Below are positions 1-9,198 of a DNA stretch of 64,000 nt, in pieces. Position numbers and translations under genes: made by a program. Numbering within the stretch: the stretch's first letter is position 1; the number at the start of each line of letters is the position of its first letter. The stretch is taken from IMG/VR virus record IMGVR_UViG_3300028177_000001, positions 186,001 to 250,000 of that record; one strand, 5' to 3'. The notes under the pieces were generated by a model. It was not told where the DNA came from. It worked only from the letters and a program-made list of their open reading frames with translations, and ran no database searches.

Positions 1-1412
1 ATGATGCCCGTCAGGATGCCGAGCAGCTTCGGGGGAAGGTCGGCCACGTTGCGCACGCAGACGTTCATGGGGAACAGCAAGGGGACCTCATCGCACCCTT
101 CGTCGTCAATGCCGACGCCGATGATCTCGACCTTGGCCTCACGGGCGATGCGAATCTGGCGCCGGACCACCGCAGAGCAGTTGGGGACCCCGTCGGTGAT
201 GACGATGACCACCCGGTGACGCTCAGGACGCGTGTTCAGCTCCTGCAGAGCGTACTGGATGCCGTCGCTCAGGGGCGTTCCACCGCGTGCCTGCACGTGG
301 GCGAAGCGGGCCAGACACTTGTTGAGGGGCTCCTCCCAGTCCTTGAAGACGTCCAGGATGATCGACTGGCTCCGGTGGAAGCGAACCGAGCCGTCGTCAC
401 GGTACTGGTCGACGCTGCTACCCCAGCCGCCCCCACCACGCGGACCCACCACCAGGCACGGAGCGCCCAGCTGGTCCATAGAGGAGGCGATGGCCAGCGC
501 ACCACGAGCCACGTCCATCCGCGACCCGCACATCGACCCGCTCTCGTCGAGCACCAGAGCCACGGCCAGGGAGCACTCCTCCTTCTGGGTGGTCCGCCAG
601 TCGGGGCGCGTTGCCCGGCGTCCCGACTTGATCTCGACGTAGCTGCCTACCAGCCGACGCTCCGACAGGCCAGTGCCCTTGCGCACCCCGTGCGTGGTCT
701 TGGGCTTCCGAGCGCGAAGGAACTTCGCCCGCATCTGGTTCCGGAGGAAGCTGGCCTGCGACCGTACACTCTCCAGAATCGCCCGAGCAGCGGGCAGGCT
801 CGACGCAGGCCCGTTGACCACCACCACCTGGTCGCTACTCGGGTCGGAGGGCCGCCAGGCCTGCTCGCCCGTCTCGACATCGGTGTCCTCGGCGTCGAGG
901 GCGTTCTCCAGAGCCTTGCTGGCGTCCTTGAGGTCGGGCTCCTCGCCCTTCTCCGCCTCGCCCATCAGGTTCTCAGCCAGGTCCTTCATGTCGAGGGGGT
1001 CGGGCTCCGTGTCGTCCCCGCCTTCGCCCCCTGCCTCGTCTCCGCCCTCACCCTCGTTGGTGGAGCCGTCGGAGTTGGAGCCCTCCTTGTCGCTATCCTC
1101 CGGCTCGTCGCCGTCGCCGTCGGACTCGCCTTCCCCCTCGGACTCGTCGTCCTCGTCGGACTCGTCGTCCTCGTCGCCTTCGCCCTCTCCGGAACCCTCG
1201 GGGTCCCCCTCGGACTCGTCCTCGCTGTCCTCGCCACCCTTGCCGGAGCCCTTGCCCTCGTCGTCGGACTCGTCTTCGCCCTCTCCCGGCTCTCCGCCAC
1301 CCTCACCTTCGTTGTCCCCGTCCTCGTCAGAGGGAACCGGGGCCAGGTCCAGGTTGGAGCCGCTCAGCGCGAGGCCAAGGCGGGCGAGAAGTTCGGAGGC
1401 AGCAAGGCTCAT
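1..1412 (-). CDS. CobT-like VWA-domain protein, C-terminal half (runs off the window edge)
   Basis: Manual translation from ATG 1412: MSLAASELL, a long D/E/G-rich linker, then VALVLDESGSM (MIDAS DxSxS), RGGTPL and VIVITDG. Not in the ORF track because it is open at position 1. Confidence 0.85.
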   Translation of the reverse strand, partial: MSLAASELLARLGLALSGSNLDLAPVPSDEDGDNEGEGGGEPGEGEDESDDEGKGSGKGGEDSEDESEGDPEGSGEGEGDEDDESDEDDESEGEGESDGDGDEPEDSDKEGSNSDGSTNEGEGGDEAGGEGGDDTEPDPLDMKDLAENLMGEAEKGEEPDLKDASKALENALDAEDTDVETGEQAWRPSDPSSDQVVVVNGPASSLPAARAILESVRSQASFLRNQMRAKFLRARKPKTTHGVRKGTGLSERRLVGSYVEIKSGRRATRPDWRTTQKEECSLAVALVLDESGSMCGSRMDVARGALAIASSMDQLGAPCLVVGPRGGGGWGSSVDQYRDDGSVRFHRSQSIILDVFKDWEEPLNKCLARFAHVQARGGTPLSDGIQYALQELNTRPERHRVVIVITDGVPNCSAVVRRQIRIAREAKVEIIGVGIDDEGCDEVPLLFPMNVCVRNVADLPPKLLGILTGI

Positions 1413-1477
1413 GGGGGACTCCCGGGGAGCTGGCGCTCCCTACACAGATCTTACGTCGGAACCCAGGGCGGGGAACC

Positions 1478-1720
1478 CTACAACCGTGCGGTGCCGTAGT
1501 TGTTCATCCGCACGGGGTTTGTCAGGACCCACTGGCCGCATAGGTTCAGCTCCCCGTGCCACTCCCACCGGACCAGGTACGAGTTTGCCACAAGTCGGGA
1601 CGGGGTGTTGTTCCACGCCGCCTCGGGGCTTCCCATCGAGGGCCTGGATGCACGATGTAGCTCCTCTGGAAGAGGCTCAACATCCGGGGGAACTGTGTGG
1701 GTGAGCCAGACGTACAGCAC
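1478..1720 (-). CDS. small hypothetical protein between the two CobT halves
   Basis: GTG-start ~80 aa ORF after an AGGAAG RBS-like sequence; no recognised motif. Confidence 0.4.
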   Translation of the reverse strand: MLYVWLTHTVPPDVEPLPEELHRASRPSMGSPEAAWNNTPSRLVANSYLVRWEWHGELNLCGQWVLTNPVRMNNYGTARL

Positions 1721-1733
1721 AAGGGTCTTCCTG

Positions 1734-2921
1734 TCAGTCGGGCTCGACCAGAGCGAACTCGAGGTCCTGGACTCCGGTCTCGTTGTCGGGCAGGCCAGCG
1801 CGGATGACTTCCACCTCACGGCCCTTGTGGGGTCCGGCCTTCAGGGTGGCGCGGTCGCCGACCTTAAAGACCTGGTGCTTGGAGGACGGGCCTCCGCCAC
1901 CCTCGCCTTCCTGCTCGGGCTCGGCACTCCCGCCACCCTCGCCTTCGTCTTCGCCCTCTCCGGGCTCGCTGCCCTCGTCGCCCTCGTCACCCTCGTCACC
2001 CTTGTTGGGCTTCGGCTCAGGCTTCGGCTTCGGGGGCTCCACTGCGGTCTCGGCGATGAGAGCGACCACTTCCATGGCCAGCCACATGCCGGACAGGTCC
2101 GGCTCAGCCGGAAGGTCGATGGCGCGGTCCATCAAGGGGCGAAGCGGTCCCCTCTCCACGAAGAGGTAGCCAGCGGGGTTCGCCTCCTTGTAGCCCTTCA
2201 GGGCGGTCACCTGCAACGGGGTGGTGTAGCCCAGGCCCAGATCCCGGAAGACTCCCATCACCACGCTCATCGCCCCCTGGGGAGCGGGCTTGCCGCCCTT
2301 GCCCGCCTTGAGGCGTCCCTCCTCTTCCTGCTCGAGAATGAGGTCCTGGAGGCACTCCATCTTGTTCAGAGCACCAGGGAAGTCCTCGCAGCCCCGACGC
2401 TCGATGCGCACGTCGTCGATGAGGTTGTCCCAGTGGAGGAGCATTCCCGTCAAGGGGGCCCAGCCTCGGTGACCGTTCGCCGGGTCGTAGGGGATCGCGG
2501 TCCAGTGGTCCAGGACCTTCGGCCACACCTCGTTGATGTGGATCCGAGTCCGACGGCTGTACTTGGTGTGCCAGGCTTCGTGGTAGCCACCCCCGACCAG
2601 GGCATAGGCCAGCTTCTTGTACAGGTCGTCCGGAGTACTGGCGATGGTGATGCCAGGGTTGTGGACCACGCTGGCGTTTGCCTTCGCTACCCAGCCCTCC
2701 ACATCGCGCCGACCGGGCGTCAGGGAAGGGTTCAGCTTTGCCCACTCGCACATCGCCGCCATGAAGGCTCGAGCCGTCCAGCCGTCTCGGTTCAAGAACC
2801 GAGCCCCGCGACTCACGACCGACCGCACGTTTGGACCGAGGACCGCGTCCACGGTTGCCTGGTGCGTGTTCCGCCAGCGCTGTCCCTTGAAGGCTGCCGG
2901 TCCCTTGCTTGTGCGCTTCAC
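1734..2921 (-). CDS. CobT N-terminal-like protein (HExxH metallopeptidase-like domain, acidic linker, small SH3/KOW-like C-terminus)
   Basis: GGGYHEAWHTKYS motif, E/G-rich linker, position directly downstream of a CobS-like ATPase. Confidence 0.7.
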   Translation of the reverse strand: MKRTSKGPAAFKGQRWRNTHQATVDAVLGPNVRSVVSRGARFLNRDGWTARAFMAAMCEWAKLNPSLTPGRRDVEGWVAKANASVVHNPGITIASTPDDLYKKLAYALVGGGYHEAWHTKYSRRTRIHINEVWPKVLDHWTAIPYDPANGHRGWAPLTGMLLHWDNLIDDVRIERRGCEDFPGALNKMECLQDLILEQEEEGRLKAGKGGKPAPQGAMSVVMGVFRDLGLGYTTPLQVTALKGYKEANPAGYLFVERGPLRPLMDRAIDLPAEPDLSGMWLAMEVVALIAETAVEPPKPKPEPKPNKGDEGDEGDEGSEPGEGEDEGEGGGSAEPEQEGEGGGGPSSKHQVFKVGDRATLKAGPHKGREVEVIRAGLPDNETGVQDLEFALVEPD

Positions 2922-3046
2922 TGTACACTCCTCCCAGTCATCTGAGTTACGTCTGAACCAGCCTCGGGGAAGCCTCCCAGAAATAACCCAGAAATAGACG
3001 CTGAAGCTGCTGCCTCCGCGTACGAGGCTGGACTCGGTTCTCGACC

Positions 3047-3289
3047 CAGCCTGGCCAGTTCCAGTAAGGTTTTGCCCCTGCAGAGTACTGGCTCGTCCTC
3101 CCCACTCCGACCCCCTGCCGAGAGGGCGCGAAACGCCTCCTCGGCCCTGGGTTCTCTGGCCAAAGACTGGGGGGTCGGAGTGGCTGGAGACGAGGCCCCT
3201 CCTCCCCGTAGACCAGCAGGAAACCGAACTGGGCTCCTGCCTCCGCCTGGCCAGTTCCAGTTGGGTCTTGCCCCTGCAGAGTACTGGCT
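3047..3289. repeat. imperfect ~45-bp direct repeat, two copies 196 bp apart
   Basis: GCCTGGCCAGTTCCAGT(AA/TG)GG(TT/TC)TTGCCCCTGCAGAGTACTGGCT ending at 3093 and 3289. Confidence 0.9.
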
Positions 3290-4525
3290 TCAGTCGTCGC
3301 CGAGGGCCCCGCCCTTCAGGTGGGGGTCGATCAGCCGGTTCGCCGTCAGACGGGACTCAGAGTCCAGACCTTCGAGCCACGCTCGCATCCCGTGCTTCAA
3401 GAGGTTGTCCGGCGTCGTGGCCGAGTAGTGGAGCACGTCCTCGCACTCGTCCAGGATAGCGCAGAGGCTACGGTGGGTGAACTCGGCGTACAGGTCCTCG
3501 TTGTCGATGGCCTTGCGCAGCGAAGCCGTCGCGTGACCCAGCTGACCCAGCTTCTTCTCGCTGGAGTCGCTGAAGATGCTCGGGTCCGCTGCGGCCACCC
3601 CTGGGTACTTCGCCCGAAGGATCTTCCCCTCGTCGACCCAGTCCATGTACTTCGCTTCCATCTTCCGTCCCAGACGGTCCATGATGGATGCGTCGATCGG
3701 GTTCGCCGAACCCATGCGACCCCGTGCGTCCCCAGTGCCGCAGCTGTTCGCCGTGCAGATGAACTGCGTCCCCGGGAAGAGAGGAACCATGCCTCCGTCC
3801 GGACCCAGGATGCGTCCCGAGATCGAATCGGTCAGGATGCGGAACCACTCGGCCTGAGCCTCGTCCGCTCGGTCCACGTCGCTCAGCAACACCAGCGCCG
3901 CTCGTGCGACCCCGTCCCGACCCTCGACGCCGTTCACCAGCGCGTTCCAGAGGTGGCCGAACTCCCAGCTCGTCCCCTCCTTGTCGATAGCCCGCGTGTA
4001 GAACCACGGCGACAAGTCCGTACCCGGTCGGAAGGTGACCATCACCACCGGCTTCCGTGTGTACGCGCTGTATGCGTGGACGATAGCGTCCTTGCCTGTC
4101 CCCGGCATGCCCCAGATGAAGGCGTTCCGACCCCGAGCCATCGCCATGATCGCCCGGCTGAACACCCCGCGTGCCGCCCCCTGTGTGGGGAACTGGTAGT
4201 TCGAAGGCAACGGCAAACACTCCGACTCCGGCACCGCCCCGTCCACCGGGATCTGGATGCCCATCAGGTTTGCCGTCAAGCCCGTCGGCGCGGGCGCTCC
4301 CCGACGTACCGCTGCCGTCTTGAGCATCTTGAGTGCCTCGTCCGAAACCGTCGCGGCTCCAGCGTGGGCGCTCAGGTAGTCTGCCACCGTCAAACCGTGG
4401 GCCTCCATCAAGTGGCTCACCAACGCGTGACTCTTGTAGCCGCACTCAGCACACTCGACCCGAGCGTCTGTCACACTCAAGGTCTGCGTAGCAGCGGGGG
4501 CGGCACTCGTAGAAGCGGTCGTCAT
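3290..4525 (-). CDS. cobS: CobS/CbbQ/MoxR-family AAA+ ATPase with N-terminal C2H2 zinc finger
   Basis: CAECGYKSHALVSHLMEAH; Walker A GMPGTGKD; Walker B LLSDVD; sensor TANSCG; DASIMDRL; adjacent to CobT-like genes. Confidence 0.85.
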   Translation of the reverse strand: MTTASTSAAPAATQTLSVTDARVECAECGYKSHALVSHLMEAHGLTVADYLSAHAGAATVSDEALKMLKTAAVRRGAPAPTGLTANLMGIQIPVDGAVPESECLPLPSNYQFPTQGAARGVFSRAIMAMARGRNAFIWGMPGTGKDAIVHAYSAYTRKPVVMVTFRPGTDLSPWFYTRAIDKEGTSWEFGHLWNALVNGVEGRDGVARAALVLLSDVDRADEAQAEWFRILTDSISGRILGPDGGMVPLFPGTQFICTANSCGTGDARGRMGSANPIDASIMDRLGRKMEAKYMDWVDEGKILRAKYPGVAAADPSIFSDSSEKKLGQLGHATASLRKAIDNEDLYAEFTHRSLCAILDECEDVLHYSATTPDNLLKHGMRAWLEGLDSESRLTANRLIDPHLKGGALGDD

Positions 4526-4745
4526 GGTCGTGTTCTCCGTGGCGGCGATGCGCGCTCAAGGTTCCCTTCGAGTGCCTTACGTCCACTCCCCACCCAGGGA
4601 ACCCTATCAAAGTACGAATACCTCCCGTTCACTGTCCTGCCTCCCGTTCACTCTGCGACCCCGAACCCTCTCGTACAACCCCGCTCTCAATCACTCCGAC
4701 CCTTCCTGCGACCCCGCCGCAATCCCGATTTATTCTGCCCGTTTA

Positions 4746-5002
4746 GAGACACTGGGCGTAGACGTGGGGAGACACTGGGCGTAGACGTGGGGAGACACTG
4801 GGCGTAGACGTGGGAGAAACGGGCTGGTGGGTAGGTAGACGTGGGAGAAACGGGCTGGTGGGTAGGTAGACGTGGGTGGAGGACACTGGGCGTAGACGTG
4901 GGTGGAGGACACTGGGCGTAGACGTGGGTGGAGGACACTGACGTGGGGGAAGTGGAGTGGGGAGTGTTCGTAGACGTGGGGGAAGTGGACGTGGGGGAAG
5001 TG
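4746..5002. repeat. G-rich nested tandem-repeat array, core GTAGACGTGGG
   Basis: 8 full GTAGACGTGGG copies (4758, 4781, 4804, 4835, 4866, 4892, 4918, 4970) plus 2 GACGTGGG; unit lengths 23, 31 and 26 bp. Confidence 0.95.
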
Positions 5003-5104
5003 AAAACGGGGTCACTATACTTGTTCTCGCGGTGGAGCAGAGGCAGCGTGGGTAAGGGTCCACCCGAGGGGACACCGACTGGGTCTCATGTCTTCGAGAC
5101 GGTA

Positions 5105-5503
5105 CTACCCAGTTTCTGAAACTCCCATCAAGGGGGGAGTGTAACCGGGGCTGAAGATCCCAGAGAGTGACTGTATCCGTTCTACGAGGGACACATGGTC
5201 CGGTTTCTGGACACAGAGTTCCGGGGGGAGGATGTTTCCGGCTTCTTTGAGGACACTTACAGAGGCCGAGTAGACAACGAAGGGGATTTGTTCCCGACTT
5301 CTTTCGCGGACCTGTTCACAGACGAGTTTCCATTGCCCATGCAGGCCATCACAGACAACGACATCCGGTCGTGAGGCAAGTAGGGGGATAGCTTCCGAGG
5401 CAGAGGCCGCTTGCGAGACTCTGGACACAGTCGGGAGCCGGGAGAGCAGACGGGAGAGTGCTTTGAGGAGCAGGGGTTCATCCTCTACGATTAGGACATG
5501 CAC
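5105..5503 (-). CDS. single-domain response regulator (REC)
   Basis: VLIVEDE, DVVVCD (phospho-Asp), VYSA, QKP. Confidence 0.85.
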   Translation of the reverse strand: MHVLIVEDEPLLLKALSRLLSRLPTVSRVSQAASASEAIPLLASRPDVVVCDGLHGQWKLVCEQVRERSREQIPFVVYSASVSVLKEAGNILPPELCVQKPDHVSLVERIQSLSGIFSPGYTPPLMGVSETG

Positions 5504-6115
5504 GGGATTTACTCATGTTCATAGAGGACGAGGGTTCCCCGTTCACGGAGTTCCGCAAGGAGTCCGAGGTATCTGGGGTATCTGGAGGAGAGGCGACGAG
5601 AGAAAGAGAAGAGGGGGCCGAGACGGGAGACTCGTGCGAGGCCGAGGGGGAGGGGGACATCCTTCCATTGAAGGACGAGGGCGACAGGTTCCTGCCCATC
5701 AGCGAAGGTGGGGCCTTCCTGATTGGTCGGGATCCATCGGACGGTGCCAGACGGTGAGGTGAAGCGTCGGGCTCGCGGGGGTTGACCGAAGCACTCACTG
5801 TTCGTCAGGAGGGCTGGGTCAGACGGGATGAACAGAATGGAGAGAGACAAGTTGGGTAGACCTCTGGGGGAGGTCATTCTCTACCCTCTCGGAGAGAGGG
5901 TGGGACTCCTTTTCAGGAGGGCGACTTGTTCAGTTCCGCTCGGCAGAGTTTCAGGGCAGCTTCCGCTTCTACGGGGGCAGAGGGGGCGGCCAGTTTGGCC
6001 CACTCAGCCAGCGCACGCATTAGCCCATCCGTCTTCAGTTCCAGGGGGGCTCGAGTATCCGGTGCTGAGTCTGACGATGTTCTCTTCAAGGACTTGAGTG
6101 AAGATGCGGACATGT

Positions 6116-6760
6116 TCAGAGTTCTCCCAGGCCCCGGAGGGCAGCGACGATGGCACCTACTTCGAGAATGATCCGACCCACAAACCAGAAGATGCCTTTG
6201 ATTTGCGCTTCGATTTCCTTCTTGCCTTTCGGGTCCGATAGGCGGACGAAAAAGTTCTTGAGCAACGGCTTCGGGGAGAGCCCATCCCGAATGTCAGTCA
6301 TCAGAGTCGCGAGTTCAGTCAGGACAGTCATTTGAGCACGGACCAGGCGTCCGGTTTCATCCTCTGTCATGCGTCGCAGGTGACGTGCTTGAGCGACCTT
6401 GACAGCACGGACGAGCGTCGTGGAGTTGGTGACTGACTTGATGAGGAGGTCATCCGCCCCTTCACGGATCATCTCTTCTTCGATGCCATCGTGATACAGC
6501 GCGGTGAGGATGACGATGCTGTTCCCGGTGAGGGCGCGCACTCGTTTGACAGTCGTGCGACCATCATAGGGCGGGACCTTGAGGTCCAGGAGAACGCACA
6601 ACCATTCCTTTCGGAGCAGTTCCTTCGAAGCTTCGGAGTCGATTTCCTCAATGTGGACGAGAGTGATGCCGCTTCCGTCGAGGAGCTCCATGACTTCCTC
6701 TGCGTAAGACGCCTTGTCCTCCACCAGGAGTACAACCCCGGTTGTATTGTTTTCAGACAT
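6116..6760 (-). CDS. REC domain plus coiled coil plus C-terminal hydrophobic/TM helix
   Basis: VLLVEDK, VLLDLKVP, VILTA, GADDLLIK; C-terminus IFWFVGRIILEVGAIVAAL. Confidence 0.8.
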   Translation of the reverse strand: MSENNTTGVVLLVEDKASYAEEVMELLDGSGITLVHIEEIDSEASKELLRKEWLCVLLDLKVPPYDGRTTVKRVRALTGNSIVILTALYHDGIEEEMIREGADDLLIKSVTNSTTLVRAVKVAQARHLRRMTEDETGRLVRAQMTVLTELATLMTDIRDGLSPKPLLKNFFVRLSDPKGKKEIEAQIKGIFWFVGRIILEVGAIVAALRGLGEL

Positions 6761-7853
6761 CCGGGGGCCCCGCTTCCATTAGATTGAAGTACACTGTTGA
6801 ACCGCTCTGGCCGTCGCTCTCCATCCAGACGGCACCCCCGTGGCGTTCGAGGATTCGTCGACAGGTCGCCAGCCCCAGTCCGTTGCCGGGGATTTCCGAG
6901 AACCGATGCAGTCGCTTCGACGGTTTGAAGATGTCCTCCAGGTATTCCGGGGGCACGCCCATGCCGTTGTCCTCTACCGAGACGAGGATCACGCCCTCGA
7001 TGTCAGTCCGGCTCGCTTTGACTTCAAGCACGAGAGGGCGGGAGGGGTGTTGGTACTTGAGAGCGTTTTGAATCAGCTGGCGGAAGACCGTCTCGATGGC
7101 GTCCCGGTTCCCTTTGACGATGTAGCCTTGGCAGTTCAGCTTCGCCGTTGTTGCGATTGATGCTCGCACAGCGGGACAGCCTTTGTTCCCGTGCTGGCAG
7201 ACGTTCCCACAGGCCAGGCATTTCGCAGCCGCTTTGAGGGCTGAGTGCAGATGGAAGGAGGCACCGTCGCCGTCCGGGGTCTTCACGTAGGACAGGAACC
7301 CTTCGGTCACGTAGTCCATGCGGTCGATCCCTTGACGCAAGAACCCCAGCCACTTCTCCGCCTTCTCAGGGAAGACGACATCTCCCCGGGAGCAGTGTTT
7401 CTCGAAGTGGGACAAGGCCGCGCCGAGTTCCCTGAGAGGGGAGAGCAGGTCATGACTGGCCGCTGCCGCGAACCACTCCAGGTCCTCTTGCCGGCGGACC
7501 GACTCGGTGATGTTCATGTACACAACGCTCACGTGCTCGTCCCCCGCTGGGGCAACGATCACATTGTAAGTCTTAGGCAACCGTCCAGCATTCGCATACC
7601 GGTAGTGGAAGGACTGGGTTTCCCCAGACTTCGAGACCTCCTGTAGGAGCGGAATGAAGTCCCCCAAGAGCTCAGGCCAGGCTTCACTGGCCGGCTGGTG
7701 GTGCTTCTGGGCCATGTCCAGCCCCCACTGCTCCGAGAACGCCTTGCGGGCTTCCTTATTGAAATCGGCCATACAGGACTTCCCGCTGTCCAGGAGGTCA
7801 ACCTTCCAGACTACGATGGCAATCCCTACAGTCTTGAAGACCTGCTTATGCAT
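6753..7853 (-). CDS. sensor histidine kinase (PAS-like, HisKA, HATPase)
   Basis: H-box ASHDLLSPL, N-box LIQNALKY, G1 VEDNGMG, F-box IFKP, G2 GNGLGLA. Confidence 0.93.
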   Translation of the reverse strand: MHKQVFKTVGIAIVVWKVDLLDSGKSCMADFNKEARKAFSEQWGLDMAQKHHQPASEAWPELLGDFIPLLQEVSKSGETQSFHYRYANAGRLPKTYNVIVAPAGDEHVSVVYMNITESVRRQEDLEWFAAAASHDLLSPLRELGAALSHFEKHCSRGDVVFPEKAEKWLGFLRQGIDRMDYVTEGFLSYVKTPDGDGASFHLHSALKAAAKCLACGNVCQHGNKGCPAVRASIATTAKLNCQGYIVKGNRDAIETVFRQLIQNALKYQHPSRPLVLEVKASRTDIEGVILVSVEDNGMGVPPEYLEDIFKPSKRLHRFSEIPGNGLGLATCRRILERHGGAVWMESDGQSGSTVYFNLMEAGPPDV

Positions 7854-8271
7854 TAGGAGCAGCGGGGAACAGGACGTGTCCGATGCGCTGCAGTATCTCG
7901 GACAACTCGCGGAAACTTACAGGCTTTGAAAGAAAGTCGTCCGGCCCCACCCCGAGTTGTTCGGCCTGCGAACGGTCCGTGGGGTTGTTGCTGGTGGTGA
8001 GTATGATGACGGGAATCTTGCCCGCCCACGAGCTCTGAGACCAGTGGGCGAGAAACTCGAGACCGTCCATCACGGGCATACCCAGGTCCAACAGGATCAG
8101 GTCGGGGATAGGTTCCTGGCCAGAAAGGAGCCATTCCAGAGCCTCCTTCCCATGGGTTGCTCGGAACAGGGACACCCCTACACCTGCCTCCTCGAAACCC
8201 TCCAAGAGGATCTCGTGAAAGACGTCGTCGTCCTCTACGTGCAGAATGATTGATTGCCTTCCGAAAATCAT
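7846..8271 (-). CDS. CheY/Rcp1-like response regulator
   Basis: ILHVEDD, PDLILLDLGMPVMDGLEFL, IPVIILTTS, FLSKP; start placed at ATG 8271. Confidence 0.92.
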   Translation of the reverse strand: MIFGRQSIILHVEDDDVFHEILLEGFEEAGVGVSLFRATHGKEALEWLLSGQEPIPDLILLDLGMPVMDGLEFLAHWSQSSWAGKIPVIILTTSNNPTDRSQAEQLGVGPDDFLSKPVSFRELSEILQRIGHVLFPAAPNA

Positions 8272-8430
8272 GACTTCGAGCTCCCTGTGAAGGGGCCCAC
8301 CTATAGCCAGGCTACTCGGTAGATCCTTCCGGCATAACAATCCACGTGGCGGGAGGGCACAACGGGTCCAGCTCTTCGATCGCTTGCGCGTGCATCATAA
8401 TGCTCCACAGGAGAATCAGTTCAAGCACGG

Positions 8431-8712
8431 TCAGTCTTCCTCTTTGGGATAGAGACGGAGTCCCCCGTAATACCCACTGCCCTCCAGAGTGAACTCCCGA
8501 CCCTGATACTCGTACGTGGTCCAGGAATCGTGCTGCCACCCGTTGGTAGTGGTGTCGTCCAGGCTTTCCGCGCCAAGGCCCGTGAGCACCTTGTCTCCGT
8601 CGGAAGGACACCCCACCTTTACACTGACCTTGGTCTTTTCTCCGTTCAGCACGGTCAGGAACTCTTCTTTGATACGGTCCCAGACGGCCAGGACCAGTTC
8701 AGCGTCAGTCAT
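8431..8712 (-). CDS. hypothetical protein
   Basis: Phage-like small ORF with overlapping start/stop in the operon. Confidence 0.6.
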   Translation of the reverse strand: MTDAELVLAVWDRIKEEFLTVLNGEKTKVSVKVGCPSDGDKVLTGLGAESLDDTTTNGWQHDSWTTYEYQGREFTLEGSGYYGGLRLYPKEED

Positions 8713-9007
8713 CCTTCAGCTCCCTGACCAAGCCGCCGATGCCGGTGGTCACAGGCACGTTCTCCTGTTCGCAGTCGGGGTTCTTACAGGCCCAGTCGGT
8801 TCCCCAGAGGTAGGTCATGGGTAGGCGACAGCCGAAGCACGGAGGCGCACGGACAATCGACGCAGCGATGAAGACAGGGTCCGTGTTGATAGCAGCACCC
8901 GCGACGTGTTCTGTGTGCCCCTTAGAGCCGCAGATCGAACACTCGGAGACTTCCACAGCACTCCCCATAGAAAGCACCAGCTTCTTGCTTGCCATCAGGA
9001 GTCCCAC
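8705..9007 (-). CDS. Cys-rich (zinc-binding) hypothetical protein
   Basis: CSIC, CFGC, CKNPDC motifs. Confidence 0.55.
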   Translation of the reverse strand: MGLLMASKKLVLSMGSAVEVSECSICGSKGHTEHVAGAAINTDPVFIAASIVRAPPCFGCRLPMTYLWGTDWACKNPDCEQENVPVTTGIGGLVRELKDD

Positions 9008-9198
9008 TCGTGTGGGGGCTGCTGCTGTCTGGCCCAGTCGGCCACCACAAGAGCGGGCAACCAGATAGGCAAAGAGAGGACCCCGCCCAGGATAGCTCCG
9101 CCGACGATAGCTCCGCCACCCGCGACGGAACCTACCACTCCGGCCAGGCGGAAGACGCGCATGAGGGCGCGACGCTTGAGACTCGGACGCTTGGTCAT
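8995..9198 (-). CDS. small membrane protein
   Basis: Basic N-terminus followed by a Gly-rich hydrophobic helix. Confidence 0.55.
   Translation of the reverse strand: MTKRPSLKRRALMRVFRLAGVVGSVAGGGAIVGGAILGGVLSLPIWLPALVVADWARQQQPPHEWDS

Noticed and set aside
216-2945. Long plus-strand ORFs (e.g. 216-1499, 673-1704, 1500-2945) and similar ones such as 3320-4807, 39109-40797 and 54690-56729
   Set aside because: Antisense shadows of high-GC minus-strand genes; low-complexity or motif-free translations.
3047-3289. DGR template/variable repeat pair
   Set aside because: The differences are not adenine-specific, the repeats are short and intergenic, and there is no reverse transcriptase in the window.
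4746-5002. CRISPR array
   Set aside because: The sequences between repeat cores are themselves repeated and short; there are no unique spacers and no cas genes.
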